Source: Methanobacteriota archaeon (lineage in GTDB: Archaea; Thermoplasmatota; Thermoplasmata; SG8-5; JAGLSY01). From it: a stretch of 64,000 nt of DNA. The stretch lies in contig JAEHCO010000001.1 in the NCBI GenBank assembly GCA_020697715.1, positions 842,149 to 906,148 of the forward strand, read 5' to 3'. Within the stretch, counting starts at the first letter, position 1. The number at the start of each line of letters is the position of its first letter. Positions 1 through 9,022 of this stretch are shown here, piece after piece. A model generated the notes under the pieces. It searched no databases. It saw only the letters and a program-made list of their open reading frames with translations, and was not told where the DNA came from. The position numbers were made by a program, and so were the translations under genes.

Positions 1-2596
1 TTACAGTGGCATCCCGATTCTTGATCGCATCCCTGAATCCAGGGTCTATGCCGAGTGCTCTTTCAAAGCACTCGAGGGCGAAAGTGTGCTCATCCATCCT
101 TGAGAGCGCGATACCCTTATTGTTCCATGCTTCCGGATGTTCAGGGTCGAGAGTTATAGCTTTATCCAGGATCCTTATCGCTTTGTCCAGATCATCATCA
201 CTGATCAGAACGAATCCTTTATTTGAAAGTAATAATGGAGTCTCATTTATGTTCAATGCCATGTCCAGGCAGGATATAGCTTCTTTGAACCTATCCATCT
301 CGTACAATGCGGCAGCTTTGTCCGCCCATGCAATGTCATTATCTTGATCGATATCTATGGCCCTATCGAAGTACTTGATAGATCCTTCTGGGTTGCCAGA
401 CGCGAGGATCGCATTTCCTTTATTGCACCAGGCCTCGGAGAAATCTGGATCTATCTGTATGGCTCTATCAAAGCACAGGATGGAGTCATCATGCTTTCCG
501 ATGCTGAGCAAAGCAATACCTTCCGCGTTCCACACCTCGGATGATCCTGGCTCGATCTCGATCGCTCTGTCAAAGCTCTCGATGGCCTTCAGGGTGTCAC
601 CGAGGCTCATGTGGATATTCGCTCTTTCTATCCACAATGCGGGCTCTTCCTTTTCTAGTTCTGTAAGCACATCATTGGCTCTCAGAGCATCTTCGAATTC
701 CCCAATCTCGATCAATGATGTTGCTCGATTCATCATGGCTGAAATGTTATCTGGCTCCTTCTTCAGGACCTTGTCATAATATTCAATGGCATCATCGAAC
801 CTTCCCATCAGATAAAGCAAATTAGCTTTCTCCAGTATTGATGATGCACGCTCCTCCAATTCGATGGTTGTGTTCAGGCAATCCAGTGCCTCATCGTACT
901 TCATCATCCTTATCAGCATTTTTGATTTCTCGAAAAGAATGGAATATTCTCTGATCTCCTCTTCCAGAGCCAGATCTTCCTCCACCTGTTCAAGCTCTGG
1001 TGGATCTCCAACTGGAAGTTCCGATTCTGGTAATGGTACGGCATCCTCAACTCCATGGCCGCATTTGGCACAGAAAGCCGCCGCATCTGTAAGAGGTGCA
1101 TCGCATGCGGAGCAGTTTGGATCTGATCCAAGTCCTATGAGGTCGGCAAAGTCATTTGTCAATGATTCCTCTGTGATCGCCGGCTTTTTGCTTGCAGCCT
1201 TTTTAGCTGCAAGTTTTGATTCTTCTGCTTCCCTGGCCTCTCTTTCCTCAGCTTCCTTGAGAAGAAGTTTCTCTTCGAGTTCCTTTGCCTTTTCTTCCTC
1301 TTCGATAAGGCGGAGGCGCTCTTCTTCCGCCTCTCTTTCTCTTCTTTCTTCCAATTCCAAAAGACGGGATTCATCCATTTCTTTCAAAGCTTCCTCTGCC
1401 TTCTTCTTCTCCTCTATGGCCAGGTCCCAATATGGTTTAAGAAGAAGTGAATTGTCAAAAGCATCAATGGCCCTTCTTGGATCTTCCATCGCCATCAGCG
1501 CGATGCCCTTTTGATAGTAAACCTCGGGACTTTTCTCAAGCCCCAGTACCTTGTCATAACATGAGATGCAATGCTCATACTGCTCCATATCATGCAGTAG
1601 CAGTCCCTTATTTAGCCAGGCCTCTTTGTAATCATCCTTTTTCGCCGTGGCCTTGTCAAAGGATTCCAGTGCATTTCCGTAATCCTTGAGGTATTTGAGT
1701 GCCACGCCTTTGTTATTAAGCACATTGATATTGTCTGGCTCAAGGAGCAATACTTTGTCATAGCACAGCACCGCTTCCTCATGCTTGCCCTGCTCATGCA
1801 GTGTCGCGCCTTTATTGTTCCAGGCTTTGGTGAAATTCTTGTTTATCTTCAATGCCTGGTCATAGCACTGGATCTCATCTTCATATCTTTGTAGTTCGTA
1901 ATAGATAGCTCCAAGATTATACCATGATTCCTCACTATCTGGATTGACCTCAAGAGCCTTTTTGAAACATTCGGCGGCTTCTTCCATTCTTTTCATGGAC
2001 TTCAAAACACTGCCTTTCATGATCCAAGCCAGGTCATAGTTCGGCTTCATTTTCAAAGCATTATCGTAGTATTCGATAGCTTTCTTGAAATTACCTGAAT
2101 TGAAAAAGTCATTGCCCCATCTCATCTGGTTCTCCAGCTCGTCAATGCTGGGTAGGAACCTCTCTCCATCTTGTTCAAGCACTTTCTTCGAGTCCTGCTT
2201 CTTGAGATCATCATCAAGTTCCAGCTCTTTCAGGAGCAGACCGAATTTGTCCCCATCCGCGAGATTCACACCAAGAAGATCAGCATACTTCCTCGCATCC
2301 TTGGAGAGCTTGGTCGTGGATATGAAGATCGCTCTGACATCGACACCTCCTCTCTTCCTGCCGACCATCTTCTGGATGTCCTCGGGTCCAGCATCTGAAT
2401 GGCCCCGTTTTACTTTGATCACAAAGGGCTCTGAGTTTCCTTCAACTTCTCTCAGTGCTTCTATCTCCACATCATCGGCTCTCATGCGAGAACTGGTTAT
2501 CTTGAAGTCCATCTTCTCCAGTAGTTTATTGGATAGTATCCGGAACTCCTCTGGACCGAGGTCATTGACTATGTTCATGAGATATTCCTGACCCAT
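1..2596 (-). CDS. TPR-repeat protein with N-terminal degenerate Mrr-like (restriction endonuclease-fold) domain and an internal zinc ribbon; 3' end lies outside the window
   Basis: Absent from the ORF track. Hand translation from ATG 2596 gives MGQEYLMNIVNDLGPEEFRILSNKLLEKMDF...VIKVKR...AIFISTTKLSKDARKYA...VNLADGDKF, then TPRs (KAIEYYDNALKMKPNYDLAWIMKG; LDPEHPEAWNNKGIAL) and CSAC...CAKC at about 1060-1115. The frame was open in every segment checked, including 1-390. Confidence 0.85.
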   Translation of the reverse strand, partial: MGQEYLMNIVNDLGPEEFRILSNKLLEKMDFKITSSRMRADDVEIEALREVEGNSEPFVIKVKRGHSDAGPEDIQKMVGRKRGGVDVRAIFISTTKLSKDARKYADLLGVNLADGDKFGLLLKELELDDDLKKQDSKKVLEQDGERFLPSIDELENQMRWGNDFFNSGNFKKAIEYYDNALKMKPNYDLAWIMKGSVLKSMKRMEEAAECFKKALEVNPDSEESWYNLGAIYYELQRYEDEIQCYDQALKINKNFTKAWNNKGATLHEQGKHEEAVLCYDKVLLLEPDNINVLNNKGVALKYLKDYGNALESFDKATAKKDDYKEAWLNKGLLLHDMEQYEHCISCYDKVLGLEKSPEVYYQKGIALMAMEDPRRAIDAFDNSLLLKPYWDLAIEEKKKAEEALKEMDESRLLELEERREREAEEERLRLIEEEEKAKELEEKLLLKEAEEREAREAEESKLAAKKAASKKPAITEESLTNDFADLIGLGSDPNCSACDAPLTDAAAFCAKCGHGVEDAVPLPESELPVGDPPELEQVEEDLALEEEIREYSILFEKSKMLIRMMKYDEALDCLNTTIELEERASSILEKANLLYLMGRFDDAIEYYDKVLKKEPDNISAMMNRATSLIEIGEFEDALRANDVLTELEKEEPALWIERANIHMSLGDTLKAIESFDRAIEIEPGSSEVWNAEGIALLSIGKHDDSILCFDRAIQIDPDFSEAWCNKGNAILASGNPEGSIKYFDRAIDIDQDNDIAWADKAAALYEMDRFKEAISCLDMALNINETPLLLSNKGFVLISDDDLDKAIRILDKAITLDPEHPEAWNNKGIALSRMDEHTFALECFERALGIDPGFRDAIKNRDATV

Positions 2597-2598
2597 GT

Positions 2599-5500
2599 TC
2601 AGCCTCCCTCCCTCAACCTTTTTGTACTTCTCTTCTTCCATGATCCAGCCTCTTCATGTTCGGGGTCCAATTCCAGGACCTTATCAAAGCTAATGATGGC
2701 CTGTTTATACTTTTCGGCCTCGTGCATGGTGACCCCTCTAGCCAACCAATTCTTTGGATTGTCCTTCCCCATCTTCACAGAGTAATCCATCGATCTTATG
2801 GCATCATCGTATTTGCCGATGTCCTTCTGTGCGACTCCCAGCAATCTCCATAGATAATCATTCTCTGGGTTTAATTTCAAAGCTTCTCTGTAAAGATTGA
2901 TGGCCTCATTATATCCACCATTCTTGTACATAAGACGTCCTTTTCCTATCAGGGCATCGCTATTCTCACCATCGACCTCTATGGCGAGATCATAAGCCTC
3001 TCGGGATTCATCGATCTTTCCCTGGCTTCGATGAACATCTCCTTTCAGAGTGAGTGCCCGACTATCATTCGGATATATTCTCAATGCGCTGTCCAGAGCT
3101 TGAATAGCTCCACCCCACTTGCCCTTCCTTAGCATTATATCCGCCTTGCCGATCAAAGCATCCGCATTGGTTGGAGCGAATTTGAGCAGTCCTTTATAGA
3201 TATTCTCTGCTTCATCCACCTTGTCCTTTTCCAATAGCATGTTCGCCTTCTTTATCCAGGCGTATTCATATTCTTCATCAAGGCTTATGGCCCTGTCATA
3301 GAATTGTAAAGCCCCGCCCCATCTTCCTTTCTGATGGAGAACATCTGCTTTTTTGGCCCATGCTTCTGGTTCATCTGGGTCTATATCAGATGCTTTCTCA
3401 TAGCATTTGTAGGCCTCGTCATATCTTTCGAGCCCTGCAAATCCATCTCCTATGCCCAGCCAGGCATCCATATTGTTCACATCTACCTCGATAATACCAT
3501 TGAAGCACACGATAGCGTCTTCGTACATCTCATTCTCAAGGTCGATGGTTCCCAGTAGGAATCGTGCATCAATGTGATCCTTATCAAGCTCTGTGGCTTT
3601 TTTCAATGACGCGACAGCTTCATCAAATTCTTCAATATCGTAGAGTCCTCTTCCTTTCTGGTACAAGGCCTCTATATTATCCTCATCTGACTCAAGGACC
3701 CTGTCCAACATCCTGAGTCCTTGTTTCTCGCGACCCATGTCTATCAATAATACTGCCTTGCCGGTCTGGAATTGAAGATTATCAGGGTTCAGATTGATAC
3801 CCGTATCGTAGCAAAGAAGGGCTCCCTCTTCATCCCCTTCTTCTATGAGCTCTTCAGCCCTTTCCAGAAGAGCCTCCTCATCATTGGATGGATCATGATC
3901 TTCGAGATCCTCATCCTCATCCTCATGATCGTCCTCCTCATCCAGTTCTTCATCCTCAACTTCCTCTTCAGGATCATCATCTTCCTCATCCGGCTCATCA
4001 TGGATAACTATGTCCTCTCCTTCAAGGACAAGCATATCTTCTGGATTCAGCATATCGACGATGTCCGCCTCTGTCTGCAGCTCTTCGATATCTGCGGCTT
4101 CTTCGATGATGGGAATGTCATCCACTTCTTTGCTTGGAGTTTCGGTATCTGATTTCGGCCCGCCCATTTTACCAAAGATATCATCGACATCCTGGAACCC
4201 TGCTTCGACATCAACGGTTCCTAACTCCGCCTCGACATCGATGGAGCCCTCATCTTCTTCCACATCTGTGTCAAGTGCATCTGTAAGGTCAGCGATACCC
4301 GATTTTTCTATCTCATCCACGGTATCTTCAATTTCATCATCTTCATGATCATCATCCTCATGATCATCCTCTTCAACCTCATCCTCAAAAGCCTCTTCTA
4401 TATCGGAGACCAGGTCTTCCTCAACAGGAAGCTCTGGCTCTGGCTGTGACTCTGGCTCTGTGGCTTCATCAATATCGGCCATGAGCTCGTCTTCCAGGGA
4501 TAGTTGATCATCAATGACATCGGCATCATCTTCATGATCTATATCATCTTCAATGACCTCATCAATTTCTTCCTCTATCGATGGCTCTGGAGTTATATCA
4601 TCATCAATTATTTCTTCGATCGGGGTCTCAAGTTCTGCTGGCATCTCAGTTTCTGCCGGCAATTCCACTGGATCTTCTTCCTTTATCTCAGATACTGGTT
4701 CCTCTGGTAGGGTCACACTTTCCGGGTGAAGTGGCAGTGGCTTCTTCTCCATCCGCCTGATGAATTTCGGTCTCGATGTGATGGTTTTGGCCAGATCATA
4801 ACATTCAACAGCCTCGTCTATGCTTCCGAGCTTGGTGAGTGCGTCACCCTTTCCTATCAGTGCCTCTGGGTGATTCTCATCCAGCTTGAGTGAAAAGTCA
4901 TAGCACATTATGGCTTCTTTATATTTGCCGATGGATAGCAGTGCGTCGCCCTTGTGCTTCCAGATGCCAGCTTCTTTCGGGGATAATAATAATGCTCTAT
5001 CAAAGCTCCTCAATGCATCCTCTTCTTCTCCAATATGAAGGTGAGCGGTTCCCTTGACATTCCAGATGATCCCATCTTCCGGATCCATGTCAAGGTATTC
5101 CTTGCTGGCTTCAATAGCCTCCTGAAACCTCTCTATAGAATAAAGGATTATAATGTGATTTCTCCTTGCTGGCATATATCCATCATCTTCCACCAAAGCT
5201 CTTTCATATTGCTTCAGAGCATAATCCGCACACCTGCTTTTGATCATCTTCGCATCCTTGTCATCAAATGCGATATTATCCTTCACCGCATTGACATTGA
5301 GCCAGGATACATTTCCTATCATGGTCTCCGCCCTTGCGCCAAGATCAAGCTCCGTGTATTTCTCATGAAGATCGTGAGCCATATCCTTCAGTCTATTTCC
5401 TATGTCTACCGCTTCCTTCGTGATAAGTATGCTCTCATCTGGCTCTATCTGGACCGGGATGCCAAGATGTTGGAGAAGACGCTTTATCTTCGATACTTGT

Positions 5501-5769
5501 TTTTCTATATCCTTCTCCTTCTCAATATTATTCTGGATCTTGTCAACATCATCTTCCAGGGATGCCAGTGATCCAAAGGACATGGCTTGGGTCGATGATG
5601 GTCCGATAATAATGGTCAAGGAGCCCATTTTTCTGGCTCTTGTGAGTGGACTTTCTCCTATCAATGAATATCCCGTGATAAGGGCCGGAGAATTATCTAG
5701 GCCTTGCTTCGTGCATGTGCCACATATCAGCCCACCACGGATCAGCTCTCCACAACCTATACAGTCCAA
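2599..5769 (-). CDS. Large TPR-repeat protein with N-terminal CxxC-CxxC zinc finger and a long acidic linker
   Basis: CIGC...CGTC at the N-terminus; two TPR blocks (e.g. EAGIWKHKGDALLSIGKYKEAIMCYD) separated by about 290 aa rich in D/E; stop is 2 nt from the next gene's ATG. Confidence 0.9.
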   Translation of the reverse strand: MDCIGCGELIRGGLICGTCTKQGLDNSPALITGYSLIGESPLTRARKMGSLTIIIGPSSTQAMSFGSLASLEDDVDKIQNNIEKEKDIEKQVSKIKRLLQHLGIPVQIEPDESILITKEAVDIGNRLKDMAHDLHEKYTELDLGARAETMIGNVSWLNVNAVKDNIAFDDKDAKMIKSRCADYALKQYERALVEDDGYMPARRNHIIILYSIERFQEAIEASKEYLDMDPEDGIIWNVKGTAHLHIGEEEDALRSFDRALLLSPKEAGIWKHKGDALLSIGKYKEAIMCYDFSLKLDENHPEALIGKGDALTKLGSIDEAVECYDLAKTITSRPKFIRRMEKKPLPLHPESVTLPEEPVSEIKEEDPVELPAETEMPAELETPIEEIIDDDITPEPSIEEEIDEVIEDDIDHEDDADVIDDQLSLEDELMADIDEATEPESQPEPELPVEEDLVSDIEEAFEDEVEEDDHEDDDHEDDEIEDTVDEIEKSGIADLTDALDTDVEEDEGSIDVEAELGTVDVEAGFQDVDDIFGKMGGPKSDTETPSKEVDDIPIIEEAADIEELQTEADIVDMLNPEDMLVLEGEDIVIHDEPDEEDDDPEEEVEDEELDEEDDHEDEDEDLEDHDPSNDEEALLERAEELIEEGDEEGALLCYDTGINLNPDNLQFQTGKAVLLIDMGREKQGLRMLDRVLESDEDNIEALYQKGRGLYDIEEFDEAVASLKKATELDKDHIDARFLLGTIDLENEMYEDAIVCFNGIIEVDVNNMDAWLGIGDGFAGLERYDEAYKCYEKASDIDPDEPEAWAKKADVLHQKGRWGGALQFYDRAISLDEEYEYAWIKKANMLLEKDKVDEAENIYKGLLKFAPTNADALIGKADIMLRKGKWGGAIQALDSALRIYPNDSRALTLKGDVHRSQGKIDESREAYDLAIEVDGENSDALIGKGRLMYKNGGYNEAINLYREALKLNPENDYLWRLLGVAQKDIGKYDDAIRSMDYSVKMGKDNPKNWLARGVTMHEAEKYKQAIISFDKVLELDPEHEEAGSWKKRSTKRLREGG

Positions 5770-5919
5770 TAATTCACCACATAGTCAATATACTGTTTAG
5801 GATAAAAAGCTTATTAATATATTATATTAGTGCTTATAATACTATATTTATGGTTAAAATTGTTATAATAATGCATGATTCGATGTTTTAATATCAATAT
5901 AAATCTCAAATGCTCAAGC

Positions 5920-6855
5920 TCAAAGACCGATGATCGCAGTAACTCTAACCTCTTTCATCGCCACACTGTCGTCAAGGAAAACGATGGTGGGTATATCATG
6001 GCCATGATCTGACAATGAGGCAAATCTATTCGTGAACTCGGTTGCCCAGGCCTCGTTTATGCCGAACCCTTTGGCAAGGAATATGGCGCATTTCGGATCC
6101 AGTACCTTGAGAGATAGCCAGTCTGACTTGTGCAATTCATCATTTAAGACAAATATGGGATCATCCCCTCGCCATTCAGCAACATCCATTCTAAAGATGT
6201 GGCTGATCTTGAATGTCTTTTTCAATTCTTTCAAACATCCTCTGTCCAGATCATTTAATTCCATGATAGGTGTGGCCACTACTTTGTTCATCACCTTGAA
6301 GGCCTTCATTAGCGGGAGATTGGGCACTTCTTTCAGAATTTGGTCGTTCTTGAAGACCACCGCACTGCCCCATTTTCTCAAAGCCTCTAATTGCTTTGTG
6401 GATATGTGACGTTTCTGAATGCCTTCCGCATTCAGGGGTGTGGTGATCAGAGCCAGAGGTGTTGCTTTGGACATTCTGGCGGATTTAGAGACCAGGGAAG
6501 CCAACCACCCTCCATTACTTCCGCCAAGACCAGCTATGGGGAATACGAGATCATAACCCTTTAGAAGATAACTTAGTTGAGCTTCAGCATCATTGTCTGC
6601 GTAATGTGAGTCTTTGGCCAGTGCTGAAGATGCCGCATCCTTGGAATTGATGATCATCTCTTCATCAGCTCCTGTACTGGATATCTTTCTTCTATCGGAG
6701 GCAATAGCTATTTTCTTCACGCCATGAGGGAGGTCAATACTGCGGAGGGCATTGCAACCCATGCCACCACATCCGACAACAGCTATTTTGAGAGGGCTAT
6801 GGCCCGCGCTAGAGCTCGTACTCTTTCTGAAAATCATGGTCCCATCCACGGTCAT
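5920..6855 (-). CDS. Divergent FtsZ/tubulin-superfamily protein
   Basis: KIAVVGCGGMGCNAL (T1 loop), AGLGGSNGG (degenerate tubulin signature), TTPLNAEG..KR, FKNDQIL and AFKVMN follow the FtsZ motif order. Confidence 0.8.
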   Translation of the reverse strand: MTVDGTMIFRKSTSSSAGHSPLKIAVVGCGGMGCNALRSIDLPHGVKKIAIASDRRKISSTGADEEMIINSKDAASSALAKDSHYADNDAEAQLSYLLKGYDLVFPIAGLGGSNGGWLASLVSKSARMSKATPLALITTPLNAEGIQKRHISTKQLEALRKWGSAVVFKNDQILKEVPNLPLMKAFKVMNKVVATPIMELNDLDRGCLKELKKTFKISHIFRMDVAEWRGDDPIFVLNDELHKSDWLSLKVLDPKCAIFLAKGFGINEAWATEFTNRFASLSDHGHDIPTIVFLDDSVAMKEVRVTAIIGL

Positions 6856-6910
6856 CCGCTCAGAATTGGGCTCACACCCTAAAAACCTATTGGAAGTCTA
6901 TTGCGGCGAA

Positions 6911-6941
6911 AAGTGGATATGCAACTGTAAGTTATCCACTT
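6911..6941. promoter_or_regulatory. 9-bp perfect inverted repeat in a divergent intergenic region (possible operator)
   Basis: AAGTGGATA-N13-TATCCACTT lies between the FtsZ-like and DMT genes. Confidence 0.35.
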
Positions 6942-6956
6942 CAGAAGTTGAATATT

Positions 6957-7892
6957 ATGGACATGTACCTTGTAGGAGCTTCAGCCGCGGTGTTCACCTC
7001 CGCACTATGGACCATAAATGCAATTCTATTCACTTCTGCTGGCAAGCGGATCGGAGCCATCAGTGTCAATGCCTGGCGGATCCTCTTCGCAGTTATTCTT
7101 CTATGGGTGACCCAGATACTTGTTTTCGGCAAGTTCTTTCCAGATGCGACAGGTGAGCAATGGTTCTGGATCGGACTGAGTGGAATAATAGGGCTGGGTG
7201 TGGGTGATTTCGGGCTTTTCGCTTCTTTTGTCATCATCGGCACCCGAAGATCGGTCCTGATGATGTCCCTGTCAGCCATATTCGCATCAATTGCCGCTTT
7301 CTTCCTCTTTGATGAGACATTGCAGATCGTGGCCGTCGTCGGTATCGCGGTCACATTGACTGGTGTCGTCATGGTGCTTCTGGAAGATGAGACCAAATCA
7401 GATGAGAGAAAATTGTCCAAGAAGGAAAAGACCTGGGGCATATCACTGGCCCTTGTCGGAGCTATTGGACAAGGGCTTGGATTGGCCTTTCTGAAGAAGG
7501 GAATGCTCCTATATCCTGAGGCTGATGGGCTTACAGAAGCTATGTCATTGGCTATCACTTCCACTTTGATCCGGATGATACTGGGCGCGATCTTCGTGTG
7601 GGTGGTCGTCACCATCTGGGGCAAGCTACCGGAGATCAAGGAAGCTCTCAAGGACAAGAAAGGGATGAAATATGTCACTGCTGGATCCTTCATCGGCCCC
7701 TTTATCGGTGTCACGCTCTCAACCCTGGCCGCCTACCTTGTGGAGGTCGGCGTTGCCCAGACCCTCCTTTCCCTGATGCCGGTCTTCATCATCCCAGTTG
7801 TCTGGCTCCTTTTCAAACAGAGGACCAGCTGGCGGGGCGTGGTGGGAGCTTTCATCGCGGTGGCTGGCGTGGCTATATTGTTCTTATTGTGA
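6957..7892 (+). CDS. DMT/EamA family transporter
   Basis: About 10 hydrophobic helices in two EamA-like halves (SGIIGLGVGDFGLF; GSFIGPFIGVTL). The track starts at 6948; the first ATG is 6957. Confidence 0.9.
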   Translation: MDMYLVGASAAVFTSALWTINAILFTSAGKRIGAISVNAWRILFAVILLWVTQILVFGKFFPDATGEQWFWIGLSGIIGLGVGDFGLFASFVIIGTRRSVLMMSLSAIFASIAAFFLFDETLQIVAVVGIAVTLTGVVMVLLEDETKSDERKLSKKEKTWGISLALVGAIGQGLGLAFLKKGMLLYPEADGLTEAMSLAITSTLIRMILGAIFVWVVVTIWGKLPEIKEALKDKKGMKYVTAGSFIGPFIGVTLSTLAAYLVEVGVAQTLLSLMPVFIIPVVWLLFKQRTSWRGVVGAFIAVAGVAILFLL

Positions 7893-8020
7893 GCTATGGA
7901 TATCACCAATTCAATTCATTCCCATACCCAAGTTCGTCAATTGTCTTTGCACCTTTAATTAACCTAATATACCATTAGGAAATTCAGGGTATCGTATTAG
8001 CTAAACATCAAGGTGATAAC

Positions 8021-8959
8021 ATGTCAACTGGCAGTGGTTTCGGAAAGGCAATATTGTTCGGCGAACATTTCGTCGTGTATGGGAAAGCGTCGATAGCTTC
8101 AGGAATATCAAAGAAGACAACGGTGACACTTGTCGAAGGAAAAGAGCCTGGCTTCAAAATAATCGACAAGAGACCGGCGGCTGATGGCTATATCGAGAAG
8201 TACGCGGAAGCTCAGCGCGAGTCTGTCGAGCTCATGAACAAAGCGGTCTGGCATCTGGATTTTGATGCCAATCCGGTCGAGGTCACCATCGGAGGCGACC
8301 TTTACTGCGCCTCCGGTGTAGGTGCTTCAGCGGCCAGTTGCGTCGCAATGGCCAGGGCTGTTTCCGAGCATTTCAATCTCAATTTGAATGATGAGCAGAT
8401 AAACCTCTGCGGCCTGGAAGGCGACAAGGCCTATGCCGGCACACCCAGTGGCATTGACAATACCTGCTCCACCTATGGCGGTCTTATTTTCTTCAGAAAG
8501 AACCTGGATGGCGGCTCCAATCAGATGGATCAGATAACTCTCGGCAAACCATTGAACATCCTCCTGGTATCAACAGGTGTGACGACCAAGACAAAGCAAG
8601 CTGTCGATGGCGTTCGGGAAAGAAAGGAGAAGGATCCAGAATATTACGAGCCTATCTTTGACCAGGCTGAGGAACTGGTCATCCTGGCAAAGGATGCTCT
8701 TGCACAAGGTAATTTGATAAAAGTGGGCCAGCTTATGGATCAGAATCACACTCTCCTGCAGGAAATTCGAGTATCACATCCAAAGCTTGATCATCTGGTC
8801 GATCTCACAAGGGAGAATGGAGCCCTTGGCGCGAAGATGACTGGTGGTGGCATGGGTGGATACATGATCGCGCTCTTTGCGGATGAGGAAACACAAGAAC
8901 TGGCTGCCCGAGTCTGTGAATCTGAAGGGTTCAAGGTCATCAGGGCGAGAATTGGATGA
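8021..8959 (+). CDS. mvk: Mevalonate kinase (GHMP family)
   Basis: GKAILFGEHFVVYG, SGVGASAA, GTPSGID and GAKMTGGGMGG motifs; adjacent to mevalonate pathway genes. Confidence 0.92.
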   Translation: MSTGSGFGKAILFGEHFVVYGKASIASGISKKTTVTLVEGKEPGFKIIDKRPAADGYIEKYAEAQRESVELMNKAVWHLDFDANPVEVTIGGDLYCASGVGASAASCVAMARAVSEHFNLNLNDEQINLCGLEGDKAYAGTPSGIDNTCSTYGGLIFFRKNLDGGSNQMDQITLGKPLNILLVSTGVTTKTKQAVDGVRERKEKDPEYYEPIFDQAEELVILAKDALAQGNLIKVGQLMDQNHTLLQEIRVSHPKLDHLVDLTRENGALGAKMTGGGMGGYMIALFADEETQELAARVCESEGFKVIRARIG

Positions 8960-9022
8960 TCATCCCACCCGAATAGTTATAAACTAATTTTTCATTACTA
9001 TATCCCATAAGGGAGTGTGTGA

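Noticed and set aside
6-2591. Plus-strand ORFs in the track (e.g. 864-1514, 2085-2591)
   Set aside because: Ser-rich antisense shadows of the real minus-strand TPR gene; the same applies to most short overlapping ORFs across the window.
6932-6940. DnaA-box-like TTATCCACT suggesting a bacterial-type origin
   Set aside because: Single mismatched copy, no box cluster, and the DnaA-like protein lacks the box-binding domain IV.
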